From Balanoglossus misakiensis (Eukaryota > Animalia > Hemichordata), in contig CM082594.2 of assembly GCA_040954595.2 (NCBI GenBank), forward strand, positions 5,131,319 through 5,195,318: a stretch of DNA of 64,000 nt, given 5' to 3'. Positions 55,501-64,000 of this stretch are shown here, piece after piece. Under the pieces are notes generated by a model. The model saw only the letters and a program-made list of their open reading frames with translations, did no database searches and had not been told where the DNA came from. Each line of letters opens with the position of its first letter. Within the stretch, counting starts at the first letter, position 1. Made by a program: the position numbers and the translations under genes.

Positions 55501-58500
55501 CTGCTGTGGACGCATTGAGTGCGGTGATCCCGTCCCTTTTATACACATGTGAATGCAAAACTATTTGAGTCGCTGATAAGAAATGTTTGCCAACTTTTAT
55601 AATCCCGAAAAGGGCGCCCTAATCATTTCACGTGAGAAAGCCCTTGTAGTGTACTTGTTTGTCCATATGCAAATACCTTCGCCTGGCTCGAGTGCGAAGT
55701 GGCTCCCTGATCACAGGCATGAAAAAAGGGGGCAAATTCCGGCATTCGCGCACATTTTTCGGAACCGACACAATAGGCAATGCATAGACAGGTACCCTAG
55801 GTGAGCTTTTGACGTGGAAAAATGAAAACTTTCCAAAGCATGGCATTAGACCTTTAAAAGTTCTTACCCCGATAGCATCTCCTAACTGATAAAGAGCAAC
55901 CAGCGGAACTGAGCTGCCAATCAAAGCCAATATTTCCCTGTAAGAATGACAGAGAACTTTTAACATGAACCACAGCAACAAACTTTCATCTTGTTTTCAA
56001 ACTGTATAGTGACTTTACCCTTTCACCACCATAGTTCAGTCCAAACCCATTGTTTTCTATGGTAAGGGTGGACCAATCTTTTGAAGTCCAGGGATGAAAG
56101 GGTTAAAGGGGCACATGTTATGCACTTATGTAGCCAACCCTTTTCCAAACACAATTAAACAGTTCAATACACAGACAGAGGTCTATCAACTATATCTGTA
56201 TCACTTATACCTGTATATCCATATCAACCAATATGGGCTATGGTGAGCTGCTCTATTAACTTACCTGTCATTAGAGAATATTTTACCCAAAACATCTTTG
56301 GTAGATAGAAGAATGATGGCAATAACAATAGAAATTGCACCTGAAATCCAAAGGGATAATGATTATTCAGACATATTTCTCTAGAAAAAAAATGTTTTAA
56401 AACCATACCCCTTTATGAAATGATCAGCTGTTTACAAACTGACAGTACCACACCATGGCATAAGATTCGTGGAGTATAGTATAAACTGAGAAAATATGCT
56501 ATTTTTGGAATGGATTACTCACTTATTGAGAGTAGAGAGACAAGTGCCGCCAGTTTGGCCTGGTCGGGTTTGTTGGAACCAAGGCTGTTGCCCACCCGTA
56601 TACTGGCAATAACCCAGTAAGCATATGGTATCTGTCAACAGAACACAGTAATGCTGGAATGAGTGTACGCCAACACTGAAATTTCAGCTAATAAGAGCCT
56701 TTTATGCACTACAATGTACAAGCAATCATCATACGGTCGCCAAGCATTCTCTCGTGCTGCACCGAAACTCAGGAACTCTCTTTTTTGTCAATTGTTCACA
56801 AAATACTCATACATGATAAAAAATCCATCCAAGCATAGATATACACACATACAATTTTCCTATATGTTATTAATGACACATCCAACTCCAAACAATGTAA
56901 TGCCATTGAAAGATGATTACACCCCCCGCCTCACTGCACCCCCCCCCCTCCCCACAGCCTAGCTAGATCTCACAATTATGTTGCGTAAAAACCGACAATA
57001 GGTTGAACTGGGTTAGCTTATTTGAACAACACTCTGCGACACCTTTTTTTTCTGAACCTTATTAGCAATATGGCCTTGAGTTACAGAAGCACTTGTGTGC
57101 CTACCGACAATGTATTAATAAACTGTATCAATTTCTGTCGATCCTTACAAATAACAAGCTACTATAGTTCTTGTGTTTCTGGAAGATAAATTCAAAGATT
57201 TTTATATTATCTACTACATGTAATATCAAGCGTCCACAGCTTAGTACAAAAATGCATGCTATGGTAATTAAGCAGGTCTTCTGTAAAAAATGACATAGCT
57301 CATCCTAATTTTCGCTTCTAAGGTCTCCTTAGTATAGGCTGCAGAAACAAAACCCAACATGACTGCATTGTGTGTCGCTCAATTGTCATTTAAATGGAAC
57401 TTACCATGAAAACAGCAAAAGCGATGTAAAATAAACTTCCCTGAGCTGCGAGTTCCAGCTCACCAATTGTACCTTAGTACACAAATCCAATAAAAAGATT
57501 ACTTGGCATGGAAACATTAGAATGAACTATAGATCATTAAAATGAAAAGAATGCGAAAGAAAATTTGAGTTACTTTGACGTCAACACATTTCAGAGACTT
57601 GTAGGTTACCGTATAGGCATGGATGTCAGATACATTTTGAGTGCGGGCCCGACTTTCACAGAAATTATGCAGGTCTCATAAATCACTCCTTGGTATATAT
57701 GAAATATTTGAAGACTGAGACATTCTCAGAAGTGACTTACCCATGAAAAATGTGCCAATTTCCCAAGCCCACCATTCCAATCCAATGATTAACACACCCG
57801 CAACAGCAAGCTTGGAAAACATGCCCCAGTCATACAGACATTCAACGGACCATCCTTAAAATACAAAATTGATCAGCCACGTCAGAATCAAAGCAATTCC
57901 AAAGCTTTTATGAAAGTGACACAGGTTCTAAGGGAGGGGTTTCATTGTTTTTGGTAAAATGTGTTAACCATAACATTCTAAACGGTGAGAATCTACCTCT
58001 CAATTCACATACAGATACTAGGATGGAAATAATATCATAACATCATCAGTTGTTAGAATTCTGAATTTAAAAATTGATTTTATACAAGTTATCCAAACCT
58101 GAAAGTTGACCAATCACATCAAGGGGATTTCTCCAGTGGTCTCGCTTGGAGTTCAAATTCATGATGGATGTGTGAGAGCGCTAGACTATTGTGTTTCAGA
58201 AATTTATCCCTGAGGTGTGTACTACCTTAAAGAAGATGCGTAGTTTTACAACTTACCGTCCCAAGTTTCTTTGTGTAAATTTCTGACTCTGATGTAAATG
58301 ATCAGTGAAATGCCAAGTATCCACCAAACCAACGACAAGGCAAACGCTGCACCTCTGTGAGATGATTAACACAAAATATTTGTTACAGAAATACAACGTA
58401 AAAAAAAAAGCTACTAGTAGTCAATATTGTCAGGAAGTGAGGGATTCCTGTTCCAACCCTGCATCACCCCTTTCATCCCATATCCCTATCCAGAGGTCCA

Positions 58501-61500
58501 ACTTTACCATAGAAAACAACAGATTTGGACCAAACCATTGTGGTGAAAGGGTCAACCTGTATACAGTGAAACCTGTCATTACGGACACCTCTCTAATCAG
58601 GACACCTCTCTATTAAGGACACATTTTCTGGTCCCAGAGGTGACATGTCCTTAATAGACAGCTTTCACTGTACACCTCCAACCTCAGCTCACAACAGCGC
58701 TAAATGTTTAATCATCAGAAACTGAATTTACACGGGCCACCCAAGTTCAAAACACTCCACACTTGCCAATTAAGAATTTCAAACTACTTCTCGTGCACAA
58801 TCTGCGCATTAATTAGAAAGCCAATTACCAACCGCAGGAGCTAAAAAAAGTTTACCAACATTACAAAACATTAAAGGGACAAAGTCTCTCTCTTGTTGCC
58901 CTTTTTTCCATTAATTATATTTGATAAGAGACAACGTTTGTTATTCTACATGTGGATATATAGTGAATGAACATTTAACCACACACAACTTCCATCCCTC
59001 TTATAGACAGGAGAGTGAAAAAACTCGCCAAAATGAATAATCGTTCTTTACCATTTATTCATTTTGGGCGAGTTTTTACTCTCATATCCTACAAACAAGA
59101 TGGAAGTTGTGTGTGGTCGAATGTTGATTCACCATATATCAACATGTAGAATAACATAAATGGCGTTCTGTATCAAATATAATTAATGGAAAAAGGGCAG
59201 CGAGAGAGAGAGACTTTGTCCCTTTAATGCCAATTCAACCAAGCTAAAAATAGACATAAACAACCAAGTCGGACTAATGATGTCTTTACATAAATTTTAC
59301 TCACACCAAGTGCAGATCCCAAACAAACAGGAACACATAGTGTATTAAAACGCTAATTAGGTTTGCTGCTAAGGTAAGCAACATCACTGATATAACCATG
59401 CTCTGGTTTTGTAGGTACTTAGATATTACCATAACCAGCACCACTCCCTACGATACAAGAAAAAGAATGCATATTCAGGGTTATACTCTTACTCATTTTC
59501 AGGGGGGTGACAGTGAAGAACTAAATCTCCTTGTTAACCCAGGATGTAAAATTGGGAATATGCATAAAATAAAATAAAATAAAAAAATTGAATAAAATTA
59601 AAGGCATTTCTTTCCAGAGTCATGGGCAGATTTGATATATTGTTGCTTTCATTTTTGTTGTGAGAATTTTTTCTGCCTTTACGTTTGTTACATGAAGCCC
59701 TGGCACTAATACATCAATACATGTACTTACTGGCACAGCCAATGAGTAAGCATGGATGTAGGATGCTGAATGTCTGGAAGAAAAAGATATAGTTTTAGTT
59801 GATTACTTCATTATAATAGTGATATACGGTATACATTTTACAGACTAAAAGCTCCATTAGCTGAATATTTTCAGTAATTTTTTTAATCAGCATCTATACA
59901 ACCTTACAAATATCAGTGCGTAAGAAATACTTTTTTTTGCATTTGATGAAGGAGACTACATATCTCGGAAAGCTTATGCTCCAGAATAATTCAGTTAATT
60001 TCAGTGTGCTAGCAAACCTTAGTCTATATTGTATTAAAGATCAGCACTTCTATTAATACTATGCGTAAAAAGGAGATCATATGGGATTCAATATTTAGAT
60101 TTCTTAGCAAAGTCCGGTAGCTGATCGACTGACTAAACGACTGTATTTTAAATCCTGTGGGTTCCTGAACAAACCCTGGATGCCTCTGAACCAAAATCCG
60201 AAATAAAAAATCTCTCTGTGTGTGAAAAACTCTGAAAAAAGGTTGAGTATTGGGTCCCTTCTATGAAGCCAATTCTTGGTAACCATGGATACATTAATGA
60301 GTTGACTATGGCCTGTGTTTACGGAAGTGCATGTTTGCATCTGAATGCAGGAGAAATCTTAGTTCTCTGCACAACGGACATAGAAAACCTTAAAAGAGTG
60401 CATGTATGCAGAAATAAAGTAAATCAATCAGTGTTTGGTGACCTCGGTTGAAATACTTGTAATGAATAACAGAATCAATACTATGAAAAGAAAAGAGAAT
60501 ATGTAGAGTGTTGAAGACTGAATGATGGACACCATTCTAAATTCCAATAGACCAAAATTTAAAATTGGTAATCGCCAAAAGTTGGACGGACCTCCTTTCG
60601 TGGACTGGTGACAGCCAAAACTAACCTTGCAATGTTCCTATCAATTTGCAGACCAATCAGGATGGCTTCTGCATTGATGTAGATGGCCCAAGTCAGTAAA
60701 CACATCAGAAGTGTGAACAGCAAACTCCTCTGGAGAACCACTCCCACCTTCTTCTTATTCTTTGTCCCGTATGTCTGTAAAATTCAAATTTGAACAAAAA
60801 AAAAATGTTTTGAAACTGATTCTGTGTACATGTACATATATTACAGTTTTTCATTTTTGACAATTTTAAATCATTGTTATTTTTTACTCTGAGAAATGTA
60901 CATATTCCATGTATTCTTGATACCGGAAAAGGTAAAAACTTTAATATCATATAGCACACGTGCATCAGCTAAGGGCAGAATTCTTTGCCCCGTTTTTTTT
61001 TCTATCAAATGTTTGGCGTCAAAAATGTATGGTACTCTAAAAACATAACTGGTGATCAGATGCAGTCGTCAATATAAGCTTTCTGGGCAACCCAGGCCTA
61101 AAACAGACCAAATAGTTCCTTCCAGCAGTATATGTACCTAAAAATATCCCCTACTCTTTCCCACTACGGTATTTTTATTTCTGGAGCAGCAAAATGACAC
61201 AAAAAGCTACAGGAAATACATGAGGGTACATATCTTCACAAGCCACTAAAGACATCAAAATTAAGCATGAGGCATCTAACAATATTACGACCCAAATAGA
61301 ACTGTCCACGTACCTGGGCAAACAGAGTATCACTGGCAGACCCCACTCCGTATGCAATACATACTCCAGTCACATTGCAAAACTAAATGGAAAAAAAATA
61401 TATCTAATTATGGTTCATTGTAGGCTGATCAAATTTTCTCCTGAAAAATAATGCACCACGCTTTGCATACTGAATTACATCATAAAATTAAATAGATCGA

Positions 61501-63196
61501 AAGACAGTTTTGTCCCCCACTCTGATCAGACACTGCAGCTATAAGACCTTCGACAATGTTTCAGGACATGTCTGTTACAGGGTCAGATACCTACCAGTAA
61601 CATTTGTAGGACATGAGAGTAAAAATATCGTCAAAATCATAATGAATAAACGGTGAACACCGATTATTCATTTTGGCGAGTTTTTCACTCTCGTGTCTAC
61701 AAATGGGATGGAAGTTGTGTGTGGTCGAATGTTGATTCACTATATATCCACATGTAGAATAACATCAACAGTGTCTTGTATCAAACAAACCTCATGAAAA
61801 AAGGGCAGCGACAGAGAGACTTTGTCCCTTTAATGTTACGGATGGTGTAAGATCATCTCAGTGTAATTTGTAACTTACAGATTGGCCGAGAGAGCCAGCA
61901 GCCAGTTCTTCCTTGCCAAGTTTTCCAATGAATATCATACTAACCACAGTGAGTGCAGACAAGCTCTCTGTAAATACAATCTGATGAAAAAAAAAATTAA
62001 TATCACTCAAGCACTGCGTAGTCTGAACACAGGGAACTCAGTAATTTTGTTATTGTTATTGTTGTTGTTGTTGTTATTGTTGTTGTTGTTGTTGTTGTTG
62101 TTAAGATTGGTAATAAAATTTTAAAAAAAATCAATGTGTCATTTCTTGCTATGTTTGTCGATGTTGTAGATAACTGTAAAAAAAAAACCCAACCATAATC
62201 GTGGAAAACACGACCTAGGTCGCCGAATGTCACTACCGTCTTACATACAGGCAAGGGTGGAATCCACATGCCCTGGATCTAGGCTCATGGGCCACCTTCA
62301 AGGCCCTGAAAAATCACCCCATTCACCAGCGAGCGATTAAATTATGCCACCATAGGCATTGAAATTTATCTCACTGACCTAATTTGGGCTTCACTTCATC
62401 TATCGACCTGCAAACGAGTGGAAAAACGGCGATTTCCAAGTCGTACCCAGTCAAATTCAATCACATTTGAATGACGCGACCGGTGGTGATGGCTCCATTT
62501 CTCTGCCTATTTAAATTGACCAATCGGGCGCCCTGTAAAGGCTGCCTCGGCCACCGCTCAACTCGTACGAGCAACACCCGGAAGTGTACGTTCTGACTAT
62601 CGACTGCACTGTATTCAAGACGTAAAATGGTAGATTTTATGACAAAGTTGGGAAGTATCCATTTATCTGTATGACTCTTAAGGTTTCGCCTCCTTTTTTT
62701 CGCGTTATTTTGAACGCAGTTACACGTACTCGTACGAGTTGAGCGGTGGCCGAGGCAGCCTTTACAGGGCGCCCGATTGGTCAATTTAAATAGGCAGAGA
62801 AATGGAGCCATCACCACCGGTCGCGTCATTCAAATGTGATTGAATTTGACTGGGTACGACTTGGAAATCGCCGTTTTTCCACTCGTTTGCAGGTCGATAG
62901 ATGAAGTGAAGCCCAAATTAGGTGAGTGAGATAAATTTCAATGCCTATGGTGGCATAATTTAATCGCTCGCTGGTGAATGGGGTGATTTTTCAGGGCCTT
63001 GAAGGTGGCCCATGAGCCTAGATCCAGGGCATGTGGATTCCACCCTTGCCTGTATGTAAGACGGTAGTGACATTCGGCGACCTAGGTCGTGTTTTCCACG
63101 ATTATGGTTGGTTTTTTTTTTACAGTTATCTACAACATCGACAAACATAGCAAGAAATGACACATTGATTTTTTTTAAAATTTTATTACCAATCTT

Positions 63197-63256
<60 letters not shown>

Positions 63257-63668
63257 AACAACAACAATAATAACAATAACAAAATTACTGAGTTCCCTGT
63301 GGTCTGAAGGGAATTTCAATGGAGTTGAAAATTGATGGTATCAGGCCAAGCTTGATTTTCTTCACAGGGGACAGATTTTCAGAAAAACAGTATTCCTACA
63401 AACCTCTCAATTCTTACTAATGTTCATGAGTGCAAAGAGTGTTTTTTGAATTAAAGAAAAAAAAAGTGGATTTTCACCATCTTGGTTTCATAACACAATG
63501 ACATTGGAAAGTAACTATTGAACTGACATCTGTAATACCTACCGTAGGCCAGGCCAGTTTAGATTGCGTCCAAAATTCTTGCTTCATGGAAACAAAGGAA
63601 AAACCGCAAAACATACAGCCACGCGTGACCTCTGACCCTCCGCCACTCTCCTCCCCACTTTCCGCCAT
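52593..63668 (-). CDS. SLC47A1: MATE family (SLC47A-like) multidrug and toxin extrusion transporter, ~641 aa
   Basis: 15 exons: 63668-63543, 61980-61879, 61382-61314, 60774-60626, 59773-59731, 59447-59305, 58354-58257, 57854-57741, 57472-57405, 56631-56523, 56340-56265, 55937-55868, 53861-53729, 53591-53497, 53123-52593 (1926 nt). Motifs: KLAWPT, GKLGKEELAA, DTLFAQTYG, GVVLQR, KYLQNQS, TWDGWSVECLYDW, LEWWGLE, IRVGNSLG, GVLQGSGLQKIGA, extra C-terminal TM. The symbol means family-level similarity. Confidence 0.93.
54092..55853. mobile_element. Non-autonomous DNA transposon (Kolobok-like), 1762 bp, 16-bp TIR, TTAA TSD
   Basis: ttaa|AGGTCTAATGCCATGC ... GCATGGCATTAGACCT|ttaa; no transposase ORF inside. 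Confidence 0.75.
56715..56782 (+). mobile_element. Remnant of the 3' end of an L2/CR1-clade LINE ORF2
   Basis: Translates KQSSYGRQAFSRAAPKLRNSL, matching the conserved G.RAFS.AAP.LWNSLP terminal motif of these LINEs. Confidence 0.55.
58564..58670. mobile_element. Tc1/mariner-pogo-type MITE, 107 bp, TA TSD
   Basis: ta|CAGTGAAACCTGTC...GACAGCTTTCACTG|ta, with internal GGACACCTCTCTA direct repeats. Confidence 0.75.
58875..59223. mobile_element. Palindromic MITE (Kolobok-like), 349 bp, TTAA TSD; truncated second copy at ~61603-61829
   Basis: ttaa|AGGGACAAAGTCTCTCT...AGAGACTTTGTCCCT|ttaa; the element is an imperfect inverted repeat centred ~59047. The copy ending 61829 shares GATGGAAGTTGTGTGTGGTCGAATGTTGATTCAC and the same end. 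Confidence 0.82.
62028..63301. mobile_element. Foldback element (P-superfamily/Galileo-like), 1274 bp, ~544/573 bp near-identical inverted arms, 157 bp spacer, 7-bp TSD GTCTGAA
   Basis: gtctgaa|CACAGGGAACTCAG (62028) ... CTGAGTTCCCTGTG|gtctgaa (63301). Arms 62028-62571 and 62729-63301, each with a (TTG)n/(CAA)n tract. Confidence 0.9.
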
Positions 63669-63790
63669 CTTTGTTGGTGAGCTGAAATCAAGTGTATTTG
63701 GTAAAATTTAGATAAATATTCATCACATTTTTTACTGCTGAAGTCTCAGAACCTGAAACAGTGATGCAGTGGAAACTCCATTAATTAACC

Positions 63791-63822
63791 CATAGACCCT
63801 AGGTCTTTCTCTAGGGTCTATG
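63791..63822. mobile_element. Minimal 32-bp TIR-only element with perfect 7-bp TSD, just upstream of the MATE start codon
   Basis: attaacc|CATAGACCCTAG-gtctttct-CTAGGGTCTATG|attaacc. Confidence 0.75.
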
Positions 63823-64000
63823 ATTAACCTATGATTAACCCTACTTTATTGAATGTGTTCACTCATAGAAAAACTGTTGGTGAAAAATGCTGGCTGGCGT
63901 AATGTTGATTACAGACAGTATTTAATTAAAAACTAATTTACATATGTAATTTTGCAATTATGGCTACATCATTCTGTAGAATTTATTGTACCAATCTTGA

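Noticed and set aside
61882-63335. Poly-L, poly-V and poly-T ORFs, and the 122 aa ORF at 62461-62829
   Set aside because: Artefacts of the (TTG)n tracts and palindromic symmetry of the foldback element; no transposase motifs.

Overview
Intron-rich animal genomic DNA, probably a marine invertebrate. A hemichordate-like deuterostome is my guess, not proven. I spliced seven genes by hand: (1) cysteine dioxygenase (CDO1, - strand) with two duplicated, mutually alternative promoter+first-exon cassettes; (2) a class I/II PLP aminotransferase (YER152C/2-aminoadipate-transaminase-like, +); (3) a 19-exon, ~1115 aa VWA7-like type I membrane protein (+) that carries a bacterial pesticin-like (T4-lysozyme-fold) muramidase domain as a symmetric phase 1-1, three-exon module; (4) POFUT2 (-); (5,6) two head-to-head neuropeptide Y/F-type precursor genes, one with an unusual pair of cysteines that could staple the PP-fold; (7) a MATE/SLC47A transporter (-) whose introns hold several non-autonomous DNA transposons, including a 1.27 kb foldback element with a 7-bp TSD. 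The best candidates for undescribed biology are the membrane-tethered VWA7-muramidase fusion and the Cys-containing NPY paralogue. All domain calls come from recognising motifs by eye; no database search was run.
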